DNA from: Candidatus Uhrbacteria bacterium
GTDB lineage: Bacteria; Patescibacteriota; Patescibacteriia; UBA9934; GWF2-40-263
Length of the DNA stretch: 64,000 nucleotides
Direction: 5' to 3'
Assembly: GCA_016844925.1 (NCBI GenBank)
Contig: JAERTI010000018.1
Span: 1,221-65,220, forward strand
Shown: positions 49,295 to 59,100 of the stretch, in pieces
Position numbering within the stretch: the first letter of the stretch is position 1
Layout: every line of letters starts with the position of its first letter
Translations under genes and position numbers: made by a program
Notes under the pieces: model-generated
Database searches by the model: none
What the model was told of the DNA's origin: nothing
The model's input: only the letters and a program-made list of their open reading frames with translations

Positions 49295-51646
49295 ATGAAG
49301 CGGACACACTTGGCAGGCCTGACACTGATCGCCCTGCTGGCGAGCGGATGCGACAAGATCTCTCCGTTCGTCAGTGACGAGCTGCGAGAGAGCGTGTGCG
49401 ATCGCGATGGCGACAACCTGCTTCGGCAGAGCGCCTACTGCGGCGGCACGGACTGTGACGACAGCGATGCGAGCATTCTCAGCGCGCCTGGGTGGTACCT
49501 GGACGTCGATCGAGACACCTACGGTGCCGGCGAGATCGAGTACCACTGCGAGCAGCCCGAGGGCTACGTGAATCGAAACAGTGACTGCGATGACACCGAG
49601 GCTCTAGTGAGCCCGGAAGGCATCGAGTCCTGCAACGACGTCGACGACGACTGCGACGGCCAGATTGACGAGGAGAACATCCTCACCTGGTGGCTGGACG
49701 CAGACAGCGATGGCTACGGCAACCCCGAAGCGCCCCTGGTCATCTGCGACCAGCCCGCAGGCTACGTCGACAACGACGAAGACTGCGACGACACCACGGA
49801 CGCCATCAGTCCGGACGACGAGGAGGTCTGTGACGACGGGATCGACCAGAACTGTGATGATCTGGTGGACAACGCCACGGAGTCCCTGCTCTGGTACATG
49901 GATGCCGACATGGATGGCTTCGGCGACGAAGACGTCTGGCTCTATTCCTGCGAGGACACCGTCGACGGATACGTTCTGGACAACCAGGACTGCGACGACT
50001 CCAACTTGGATGTCCACCCGGACGCCAGTGAAGCGTGCGCCGACGGCATCGACAACGACTGCGACGGCGAGATCGACACGGACGCGGTAGACACCGACTG
50101 GTTCCACGATGCGGACGGCGATGGCTACGGCAACCCAGACGACACGCTCAGCGACTGCGCGCCCCCTTCGGGATACGTTGGTAACGACCAGGACTGCGAG
50201 GACTCCCTCGCGGACGTGAATCCTGAGGGCGTGGAAGTCTGCAACGACTGGCTCGACAACGACTGCGACGGAACACCTGGCGATTGTGATCCTCTCGGGG
50301 AAATCAGCAGCACAGATGCTGAAATCTCCCTCACGGGAGACGTGGCCTATGACACCTTCGGTTCAGCGACCTGTTCGCTGGATTTCGACGGAGACGGCGT
50401 TCAGGACCTGGTCGTGGGCGCAGAGGGTGTGGACACGGGCGGCTCGTCCTCTGGGACGGTGTACGTGTTCCTGGGAACCGTGACAACGGGACTGACGGCA
50501 ACAGACGCCGACATCACGATCAACGGCCCCAGCGACAACGCGCTCATGGGCTCAAGACTCGTGTGCGCCCCTGACATGACCGGTGACGGCATCGACGATC
50601 TGATCATCGCTGCCCCCGGAGACAACAGGGTCTACATCCTTGAGGGAGACCCCTCCCTCACAGGTGAGTCCGATGTCACGGACATCGCCACCTACACCCT
50701 GACCGGCAGTGGCCAGTTTGGCTCCTCGATCTCGAGTGTCGATGACTTCGACGGGGACACTCTGGCAGACATGCTCATTGGGGCTCCTGAGAATGACACC
50801 TCTGGCACAGACGTTGGGGCTGTCTACTTCATCCTCACCGCGGACCTCACGGCAGGTGAACAGAGTGCAAGCGACACCGCTTACGCCACGTTTCTCGGTG
50901 ACACGGCCTCCGACACCCTCGGAGAATCCGTCGTAGCCCTGAGCGATGTCGATGGCGATGGACTTGCCGACTTCCTGCTGGGAGCACCCGGCAGTGATCT
51001 TGGTGGGGCAGATGCTGGAGCAGGCCACCTCGTGCTGAGCACAGGCCTTTCCTCCGGCTCTCAGAGCATCGGCGGTGTTGCAGACGCTACCTTTACCGGA
51101 GAGTCTGATGATGACGCCCTGGGCTCCGCTGTCTTCGACGCAGGAGATACCGACGGTGACGGCCTCAGTGACCTGGGACTCTCTGCTCCGTACTCAGACA
51201 CGGGCACCAACAACGCTGGGTCGATCTACCTGATCTCCAGCACAACACTCGCCAGTGGCGTCCAGGACGTTGCCGGCGCCAGTGCCACGCAGCTCACAGG
51301 CGTGGGCAGCGACGACCGCGTTGGCTCTGGGACATTCGGCGCCCCAGGCGATCTCAACGGCGATGGCTACTCAGACATCCTCGTTGGAGCGCAGCTCAAT
51401 GACTCGGTCAGTACGAGCACCGGCTCCGCCTACCTCTTCTACGGCCCTGCCACAAGCGGGACCGTGAGCCTGGCGGACGCAGACCTGATCGTACGCGGTC
51501 AGAGCAGCTACGGAGAGCTTGGTAACGCCGTTGCCTTCTCTCCGGACGTCAACGGCGATGGCTACGACGAACTCCTGCTGGGAGCCCAGTACGAAGGGGG
51601 CTCAAGTACGGGGGGCGTACGCGTCTTCTACGGCGGGGGCTACTAG
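49295..51646 (+). CDS. lipoprotein with N-terminal tandem Cys-rich 'putative metal-binding' repeats (myxobacterial type) and seven FG-GAP/integrin-alpha-like propeller repeats; GC-rich
   Basis: Lipobox LLASGC. Repeats of the type DxDxDGYG...DCDD...CDGxDNDCDG. FG-GAP motifs include DFDGDGVQDLVVGA, DVDGDGLADFLLGAPGSD and DLNGDGYSDILVGA. Composition is about 61% GC. Confidence 0.75.
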   Translation: MKRTHLAGLTLIALLASGCDKISPFVSDELRESVCDRDGDNLLRQSAYCGGTDCDDSDASILSAPGWYLDVDRDTYGAGEIEYHCEQPEGYVNRNSDCDDTEALVSPEGIESCNDVDDDCDGQIDEENILTWWLDADSDGYGNPEAPLVICDQPAGYVDNDEDCDDTTDAISPDDEEVCDDGIDQNCDDLVDNATESLLWYMDADMDGFGDEDVWLYSCEDTVDGYVLDNQDCDDSNLDVHPDASEACADGIDNDCDGEIDTDAVDTDWFHDADGDGYGNPDDTLSDCAPPSGYVGNDQDCEDSLADVNPEGVEVCNDWLDNDCDGTPGDCDPLGEISSTDAEISLTGDVAYDTFGSATCSLDFDGDGVQDLVVGAEGVDTGGSSSGTVYVFLGTVTTGLTATDADITINGPSDNALMGSRLVCAPDMTGDGIDDLIIAAPGDNRVYILEGDPSLTGESDVTDIATYTLTGSGQFGSSISSVDDFDGDTLADMLIGAPENDTSGTDVGAVYFILTADLTAGEQSASDTAYATFLGDTASDTLGESVVALSDVDGDGLADFLLGAPGSDLGGADAGAGHLVLSTGLSSGSQSIGGVADATFTGESDDDALGSAVFDAGDTDGDGLSDLGLSAPYSDTGTNNAGSIYLISSTTLASGVQDVAGASATQLTGVGSDDRVGSGTFGAPGDLNGDGYSDILVGAQLNDSVSTSTGSAYLFYGPATSGTVSLADADLIVRGQSSYGELGNAVAFSPDVNGDGYDELLLGAQYEGGSSTGGVRVFYGGGY

Positions 51647-51653
51647 CCTCACG

Positions 51654-51681
51654 CAGACCACCAAACGGTGGTCTTTTTTTG
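51654..51681 (+). terminator. intrinsic terminator of the FG-GAP lipoprotein gene
   Basis: Stem AGACCACC/GGTGGTCT with loop AAAC, followed by TTTTTTT. Confidence 0.6.
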
Positions 51682-51764
51682 TGGGTAAATGCCCCCTTGA
51701 CGCTTCCTAAGATTCCTTGTAGTTTAGCCCCTTACCCATGCTTGTTGTCGGTAAGTAACACATA

Positions 51765-52910
51765 TTGAATAGCATGGCCCTGAAGGAATCCCAACAACTA
51801 CTTGAAGCCATTAAGCGGAGCTCTCGCCCGCTTATTTGTGTACCTTCAGGTGGAGGTGCCGATGCGTATGCTACCGCCATGGGGCTCTCAAAAGTCTTAA
51901 AGAAACTTGAGAAGAAACCCGCGATTGTGGCTGCCGACGGCAAGACCCCCCAGAATCTCCACTTCCTCGAGGGGCACGATGAGATTGAGCCGCGCCTAGA
52001 GAACCTCCGACAGTTTGTGATCGAACTTGATGCAACGAAAACCAAAATCGAAGAGCTCTCCTACGAACACAAAGACGACAAGCTCTTTGTCTACCTCTCT
52101 CCCAAAAAAGGCTTCTGGGATGACAAAGACATTCGAACGAGCGCGAGCGGCTATCGCTTTGACCTGATCATCTGCATCGGCTCACCTGACTACGAATCCT
52201 GCGCGCAGCTGTATACGGAAAACACCGATTTCTTCTATCGCACACCGGTCATCAACATCGACCACTCCCCTGACAACGAACACTACGGACAGATCAACTT
52301 GGTAGATCTGACAGCCAGCGCGTGTGGAGAGGTTTGTCACGACCTGATCGAGTCTATTGAACCTGGGCTCATGGATGAAGAAGTTGCCACGGCCTTTCTT
52401 ACCGGCATGATTTCAAAAACGAAATCATTCAAGACCAAGGGAGTGACCCCCAAGACCCTTCAGACCGCCAGCAAACTTATTGCCAAGGGAGCGAAGCGAG
52501 ATGAAATCGTGGGACGACTCTACCGTACCCGATCCGTCCCAACACTCCGTCTGTGGGGACGTGCGCTCGCACGCCTCAAGGTGGACGAGCAGGCAGGAAT
52601 GGTCTGGACCATGCTATCTCAACAAGACTTCATGCATGCAGGCGCAACGGAAGATGGGCTCACAGATGTTATTGATGAGCTGATCGCCTCCTCACCCGAG
52701 GCTCGCGTCGTTGTCCTTATCTATGAGATGGCAGACCGCAATATCTGCGCCATCATACGCACAGAGCGCCCCTTGGACGCCATCGCGCTCACGCGTGGGT
52801 TTAGCTCCTCAGGAACACGCGAGGAAGTTCGTCTCTGCTTCAGCAAGAAAACGGTCGTAGAGGTAGAGAGAGACCTCATTCAAAAAATCAAAACACAGAT
52901 AACAAAATAG
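51765..52910 (+). CDS. DHH/DHHA1-family phosphoesterase-like protein (NrnA-like fold; catalytic motifs look partly degenerate)
   Basis: NIDHSPDNEHYG resembles DHH motif III. The N-terminal motif-I region reads GGGADAYATAMGL, with Ala where Asp is expected. Confidence 0.45.
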   Translation: MNSMALKESQQLLEAIKRSSRPLICVPSGGGADAYATAMGLSKVLKKLEKKPAIVAADGKTPQNLHFLEGHDEIEPRLENLRQFVIELDATKTKIEELSYEHKDDKLFVYLSPKKGFWDDKDIRTSASGYRFDLIICIGSPDYESCAQLYTENTDFFYRTPVINIDHSPDNEHYGQINLVDLTASACGEVCHDLIESIEPGLMDEEVATAFLTGMISKTKSFKTKGVTPKTLQTASKLIAKGAKRDEIVGRLYRTRSVPTLRLWGRALARLKVDEQAGMVWTMLSQQDFMHAGATEDGLTDVIDELIASSPEARVVVLIYEMADRNICAIIRTERPLDAIALTRGFSSSGTREEVRLCFSKKTVVEVERDLIQKIKTQITK

Positions 52911-52937
52911 ACGGGAACAAGTCCCGTCTATTTTTTT
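52908..52937. terminator. bidirectional terminator between the convergent DHH-like and TPR-membrane-protein genes
   Basis: 9-bp stem TAGACGGGA/TCCCGTCTA followed by TTTTTTT. Confidence 0.6.
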
Positions 52938-52940
52938 CTT

Positions 52941-55487
52941 TTATTCTGTCACCTCTTCCTCAACAACTTCCTCTGCCACCTCTTCCTCAGCAGCAGCTTC
53001 GTCAGTTACTGCATCTTCGTCAGCGGCAGCCTCCCCTGCAGACTCCTCAACAATCTCTCCCTCATCTACAGATGTTGCTGTCCCCTGCCCTTCTTGAATT
53101 GGCTCAGGAATGGAGGTGGTCAATTCTCCGTTGAGCATGCGCTGCAAGCGAACCTTCGCCACCTCGTTGTCCGGATTGAGCTGTACAACACGGCGCACAA
53201 GGTCGATAGCCGCTTCCTGCTGACCAGCAATCTCATACATCGATGAGAGGTACCAGAGCGCGTTAGAGTAATCAGGGTTCAACTCGACAATACGTGCCAA
53301 CTCACCTGCTGCTGCCTCGTACTCTCCAAGGCGGATCAAGAGTTGAGAGAGTTGGAAGGCAAGACCTGTGTCAGCTGGATTGTTGTTGCGTAGAGCAACC
53401 AATCGTGCCAATGCCTGATCCAGACGCCCCTGACGCTCATAGGTTGCCGCCAGGTAATAGTGTGCTGGAAGGTAATCTGACTTGAACTGAATAGCCGTGG
53501 TGAACGCCTGCTCAGCTGTTGCCAAGAGGTTAGCCTCCTGCTGCGCGGCTGCTTCAGCGGTCTCTGGATCTTCTGCGCTTCGCAGGGCGCGAGCACGCTC
53601 AGCAACCGTCAGATAGACACGACCAAGGTTTGTTCGATGAACAGGGTTAATCCCCTCAAGGGTGATGGCATTGATGAATGCTTGAGCAGCCAAATCTTCA
53701 GCTCCCTGAGCAAAACTCATCAAGTCACGATAAAGGGATCCTTGTACGACCCAGTTGGAGACGTAGTTTGGTTCAATGTTGGTTGCCTTATTTGATGCCT
53801 CGATAGCCAAGGTCACAATCTCGACAACACTCTGTGTTTGTTCTGTGGAAAGTTCCCCAGCGTCAGCAAGAGCAATGGTCTCGCGTGCCTGACGCAAGTA
53901 GGCGGAACTCAGGTTACGGTTGTAGGCGTCTGAGAATCCGTTCAGCTTCACTGCTTTATTCAACTCAGCAATCACGTCCTCAATGGAAGCATCCTCAGAC
54001 TGATCCAACTCAACAGCGTTTGCAAAAGCTACTTCTGCTGCATAGCGAGAGCCTGTGATGAAGAGCGAACCGAGCACAGCTACAGCCACGACCACAAACG
54101 CGAATGATGTAGCGAGACCAAGCTTTGGTGAGCGAGCAAAGTCACTCTTCCAAATCTTGAGCATTACCTGAGAGGCCAAGAGGCCAGAGAATCCCCAGAG
54201 CATGAATTGCATCGTCATGTTGGATGAGTAGAGCACGTGACTTGCAAGCAGTACGGCCCACCCAATAAACATGACGTAGGTCATCTTCCATTCCTCGTGA
54301 TCACGCTCCAAGATGAGGCGACTAAGAGCCTTTACAGCAACCCAGCCCATCAAGACCAACCAAAGGACGGTTCCAACAAGTCCCAAACTTCCAATCATGG
54401 TCATGAGAGAACTCTTGGCGCGATCAAAACGAAGTGTCCAGAAAGCTGATGCATTTACTTCTGTTGGCTTGTAGGCCAAGTAGTCATACATCCATGTACC
54501 AGGACCAGAACCAAAGAGGAGCTGCCCTGTGCTTACATTCAAGGTGTCCTTTGTCACATCCCAGCTAGTTCCATAACTTGGAGACACGACAACGGGAAGA
54601 CTTAAGTTCAACGGACTACTGAGGAACAGGAGCAAAACACTAACAAGCAGCACGACAAGCGGGAGTGCGAACCGACGTGGGTTCGGAAACTCTTGCGATT
54701 GGATGAACACGAATACCCCCAGAAGAACGACACCAAAGATGTTGATGACCCAGAAAAGACCGAAGTCAACGGCGATAAGCGCCAAGAGGGTTACGAGGGT
54801 TACGAACACGATAAGACCACGCATGACCATCCCAAGTGTTCCCACGGGAATCACACGGTCACGCCCCTTGTGAGAGACAAGCCACATAGCCATTCCAGTG
54901 AACATCATTGTGGTCATGAATGTAATGAATCCATTGATCGTTCCTACAGTATTGAATCCACGAGACTGAGCGAAATCAAACGGCAGATGCAGGAGATCAA
55001 ACATTCCCAGCAACGTAATCAATCCGGTAATCGCTGAGGAGAGAAGTAGTGCGAACAGAATATTCCTCTGCACGATTGTTGAGCTGAATCCATTCATGAG
55101 CACGTAGAACAACAGTACAAACATCGCTGTTGAGAGGAAGCTCATGTACTCCTGTGAAGCCTGTCCTACCCATGTCTGGTACCCAGCAATAGAAAGGAAA
55201 GATGAAACGAGTACGGCTACAAAAAACAGGCCTGGCACAATATTCAACCATCCTGACTTAAATGTAAGCCTCTTGCTCATCACCATTTGCCCAAGCCAAG
55301 CCACAAGCCCGACTGTGGTCAAGATAACCAAGAGCATTTGTTTATTCACCTCCAGTACGTTGGTTGTCCATGGAAGAAAGAAAAGTGGGACCAGGAAAAA
55401 GAGAAGGTAAGTTGCCCACCGGGTTACCATGGAAAACACATTCTGTGCCTCCTTTGCTCGGCGTGTTGCTGTCGAAGCCGTTGGCAT
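52941..55487 (-). CDS. polytopic membrane protein (O-antigen-ligase/Wzy_C-like N-terminal half) with a C-terminal TPR domain and an acidic E/A/V tail
   Basis: About 12 hydrophobic helices in the first 450 aa. Multiple TPR-like 34-residue repeats (AYLRQ..., GRVYLT..., YYLAATYERQGRLDQA..., WYLSSMYEIAGQ...). The C-terminal tail is EEEVAEEVVEEEVTE. Confidence 0.55.
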   Translation of the reverse strand: MPTASTATRRAKEAQNVFSMVTRWATYLLFFLVPLFFLPWTTNVLEVNKQMLLVILTTVGLVAWLGQMVMSKRLTFKSGWLNIVPGLFFVAVLVSSFLSIAGYQTWVGQASQEYMSFLSTAMFVLLFYVLMNGFSSTIVQRNILFALLLSSAITGLITLLGMFDLLHLPFDFAQSRGFNTVGTINGFITFMTTMMFTGMAMWLVSHKGRDRVIPVGTLGMVMRGLIVFVTLVTLLALIAVDFGLFWVINIFGVVLLGVFVFIQSQEFPNPRRFALPLVVLLVSVLLLFLSSPLNLSLPVVVSPSYGTSWDVTKDTLNVSTGQLLFGSGPGTWMYDYLAYKPTEVNASAFWTLRFDRAKSSLMTMIGSLGLVGTVLWLVLMGWVAVKALSRLILERDHEEWKMTYVMFIGWAVLLASHVLYSSNMTMQFMLWGFSGLLASQVMLKIWKSDFARSPKLGLATSFAFVVVAVAVLGSLFITGSRYAAEVAFANAVELDQSEDASIEDVIAELNKAVKLNGFSDAYNRNLSSAYLRQARETIALADAGELSTEQTQSVVEIVTLAIEASNKATNIEPNYVSNWVVQGSLYRDLMSFAQGAEDLAAQAFINAITLEGINPVHRTNLGRVYLTVAERARALRSAEDPETAEAAAQQEANLLATAEQAFTTAIQFKSDYLPAHYYLAATYERQGRLDQALARLVALRNNNPADTGLAFQLSQLLIRLGEYEAAAGELARIVELNPDYSNALWYLSSMYEIAGQQEAAIDLVRRVVQLNPDNEVAKVRLQRMLNGELTTSIPEPIQEGQGTATSVDEGEIVEESAGEAAADEDAVTDEAAAEEEVAEEVVEEEVTE

Positions 55488-55502
55488 AAATCTGTGATTC
55501 AG

Positions 55503-55976
55503 TTAGTTACTAGACTTATATTGATTAATGGCTTGAACGACTTTGGAGTCGTCCTTCATATTTTCGATGAAGAGAATATGGTCGGGATTGATCAACATCT
55601 TATCGGTTGGTCCATGTGCCTCATTCCCCAGTTTTGTCAGAGCGAGGTTGGACGTTTGTTGAATCGTAGCCATTCCGGATTGTAGGTAGAAGACCTCTGT
55701 CAGTGTATAGAAATCATCATCGCTTCGATCGAGTGCTCCGAAATACACCTGACCATTATCCATAAACACGGCTTGATACTCATCCGCCTGAGACTCAGCA
55801 ACTCGCGAGTCACTATCGCCGTAGTAGTACCAAGCACCTCCCAAAACAGCCAAGAGGATCAGTACTCCTATCCAGATCCATCCCTGATGTTTTTTCTTTG
55901 CTCCCCCACTTTTAGGCCTCCCGATTGGTCCGCGATTCATTTTTGAATCAATTGCCATAGAACAGAAATCACCCAA
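55503..55976 (-). CDS. hypothetical N-terminally membrane-anchored protein
   Basis: One TM helix WIWIGVLILLAVLGGAWYYY. There are three alternative Met starts. Confidence 0.4.
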   Translation of the reverse strand: MGDFCSMAIDSKMNRGPIGRPKSGGAKKKHQGWIWIGVLILLAVLGGAWYYYGDSDSRVAESQADEYQAVFMDNGQVYFGALDRSDDDFYTLTEVFYLQSGMATIQQTSNLALTKLGNEAHGPTDKMLINPDHILFIENMKDDSKVVQAINQYKSSN

Positions 55977-56073
55977 GATTAACGATGCTCATATTACCGC
56001 ATGGGTAAGGGAGTGACAAGTCAGATAAAGACAAGTTTTACACAGTTTTTCTCCCAAAAAATAAGGGGAAACC

Positions 56074-56107
56074 AAAAGGCGAGACCCTTGCGAGTCTCGC
56101 CTTTTTT
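56074..56107. terminator. intrinsic terminator downstream of the giant repetitive gene
   Basis: Stem GGCGAGAC/GTCTCGCC flanked by an A-run and TTTTTT. Confidence 0.55.
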
Positions 56108-56122
56108 CTCGCTGTTTTGAGC

Positions 56123-59100
56123 TTAGACAGCTGGCTCTTCAGCCGGTGTCTCTGGGGCAGCCTCAGGAGCAGTCTCCTCAGCCGCTGGCTCTTCAGCCAC
56201 GACCTCCTCGACTACTTCCTCAACTGTCTCTTCGACCACTGTCTCTTCCACAACCTCTTCAACTGTCTCTTCGACTACTGGCTCTTCAGCCGGTGTCTCT
56301 GGGGCAGTTTCTTCAGTTGTTTCTTCGGCAGCTGGCTCTTCAGCAACCTCTTCTACAACCTCTTCGACCGTCTCTTCAACTACTGGCTCTTCAGCCGGTG
56401 TCTCTGAGGCAGTCTCTTCAGTTGTTTCTTCGGCAGCTGGCTCTTCCGTAGCAGCCTCCTCTGCGGCAGCTTCTGCTGCAGCTTCTGCGATGACAGCAGC
56501 ACCAGCCTCAGCGGCTACGTCGCTTGTCACCGTCACCTCAACCTCTTCCTCTGTTCCGTCTGAGATGGTGATCACAGCCTCTTCGACACCCACGGAAATC
56601 CAGTTGAGTTCGATGTCAAAGGCGGTTGTTGAACCAGCGGAGTGATTGATGGTGAATCCTGTTGTGTCCTCATCGCTTACCCAGAGACGTCCTGGGATGT
56701 ACTCATCGGTACGTACGGAGAAGGTCACGATTGGGAGGAACTGATACTCATTCTCGAAGTTCACGCGTACCTCTGTGGCACCAGCGGCGAGTCGTGCTCG
56801 ACCAGCCATGTCTCGTGAACCGTACAAGTGCTCAGCGACTGTCACAGATCCTTCGAAAGCGTCACTTACGACACTAACCGTTGCTGCGGACTCTGTCACT
56901 GTTCCTGATGAGAGGAGATCACCTGTACTTGTTCCACCTTGAATGTTTGAACCGTTGTTACGTGAGACCAATCCCTGAACGATTCCTGAACCAGAGCTCA
57001 GTGGGGTCAGGGCGATGGCAACCGTTGGGTCACCAGCGTTTGCCTTCATACCTTCACCGGCGGTGGAGGAAGAAGTGATGTAGTCACCTACGGCGATCGC
57101 ACCGTTCTCATTGTTTACACGTACTGGAACCTGTCCAATGAAGGCAATTGGCGCGAATGCCTCAGCCTGATTCTTGAGGACAGAGTTACCAAGGACACCT
57201 GGAGCGGATGAAACGATTCCCATCAATCCTGCTTCTGCAGATGTGCTGGATCGTACAACAGCGTTTGTCCTTGAAGTGTCTACAGAGACCAACTCACCTG
57301 CTCGCAGATCACCTGATCCATCAAGCATGTACTCAGCGTAGTCAGCTCCGGCGACGGTCGTATTTTGTGCAAATACGTCTCCATCCTTGTTGACGGCGAA
57401 GAGGTCTTCGTCACCAGATCCATCAGCCTCTGCAATCAACATAACGAGTCCAGTTGTTCCACCGTCGATCTCGTTTCCTGTTCGCTCATCAATGTTTCCA
57501 GGTCCGAAGATAGTCGCGTACGTATCTGTTCCATCATCGGTCTCAATCATGACGATCTCACCGTTTCCATCAGCATCAATCTTTATACCCTGGTGAGGTG
57601 TTGATGCTACGTCAGAGAATGCGTCATCTAGGTAAGTGATGTGCGCACCAGTTCCAGAAGGAGCACCTGCACCGAATGTAATATGCTGCTCTGTTCCAGT
57701 TGCGTCGTACATCATTCCGACACCGAAGTCCCAGTTGTGATCATCTGTATCCAAGAGGATACCAATGTCGTAACCAGCGGACTCTGTGGTCGTGTTATCA
57801 AGGATAAGTCCAACCACCAGAGATGATGCATTGTCCGTACCAAGACCGTCAGTCTCAATCTTCAAACCAGCGGATTTCTCACCAGCTCCGAGAGCTGTTC
57901 CAACGTCTGCGTCAATGTAGAGACCAGCGGCATCAGTCGAGTTGTTGTCGAAGTCGATCTGCATTCCGTGAGTGGTCTTGTCGACAGTTCCTGCGTCCAC
58001 ACCAACCCATGCATCAGCAGCACTTGCTGTTAAGTTGATAGCAGCCACTGCTGCCTCACCACCTGTCAGGTTAAGGGTTGATGTATGAGCGCTGACACTA
58101 ATGTCCTCTCCAGAACTACCCGTAGCAGCAATGTCGATACCACCAGCAGATGCTTCGATGACCAATGCCTCAAGGTTATTCAATGAAGAACCAATAGTTA
58201 CAGGCCCCGTTGAAAGCATGTCGTAACCCGTTACTCCGACATCGATATCAAGTGAGTTTGCATCGATATCTACAATCTGACCTGTTCCGTTCAAAGCAAG
58301 TGTTCCACCAGTTGATGTTGCTGTGATACCAGCAGCACCAGTGAGTGACAGTGTTCCAGATGTCGTCGTGAAGTTTGACGGACCTGCAGCGTCAAGGGAG
58401 ATAGCTCCGACAGCGTCCATGATAATTCCACCGTTTGAAGCGTCAATGTCGAGTCCACCACCGTCAGCTGTTGCGTTCAATACGAGCGCGTTTGCTGCAG
58501 CTTGTGTAGTTGTGAAGTTAATCTGACCGTTCGTGTCTACATCGAGAGACGTTCCATCAATGTCTACTGTCTGACCACTTGCGTTGAGCAAGAGCGTTCC
58601 AGCAGTAGAGTTTACGGTCACACCTGCACCTTCGAGGGTAAGTGATCCACCATTCGTTGTCAGGTTAGATGCACCAATACCGTCGATGGAGATGGCTCCC
58701 AGGGAGTCCATAGCGATACCACCGTTTGAAGCATCAATGTCGATTCCCGCGTTGTCAGCTGTTGCGTTCAATACGATCGCTGTTCCAGATGTTGACGTGG
58801 TTGTCATGTTGATCTGACCTGTTGTGTCCACATCGAATGTTGCTGCGTCTAAGTCAACCGTCTGACCAGAGCCTGAAATTCCGATGGTTCCGCCGGAGGA
58901 TTCCAGAGTCAGTCCAGCATTACCAGCGAGAGTCAAGGTATTGGTAGATGAGAAGTTAGAAGCAGATTGCGCATCAATAGAGATGGCACCGTTTGTTGCA
59001 AGCAGGTCGATTCCTCCGTTGGAAGCATCGATGTCGATTCCCGCGTTGTCGCTTGTTGCGTTCAATACGATCGCTGTTCCAGATGACTGAACACTTGTCA

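Noticed and set aside
49140-49295. Switch from about 45 consecutive minus-strand genes to plus-strand genes as a possible replication origin
   Set aside because: Only two plus-strand genes follow before the orientation returns to minus at 52941. No DnaA-box cluster or dnaA/dnaN was seen, so this is more likely a local GC-rich insertion.
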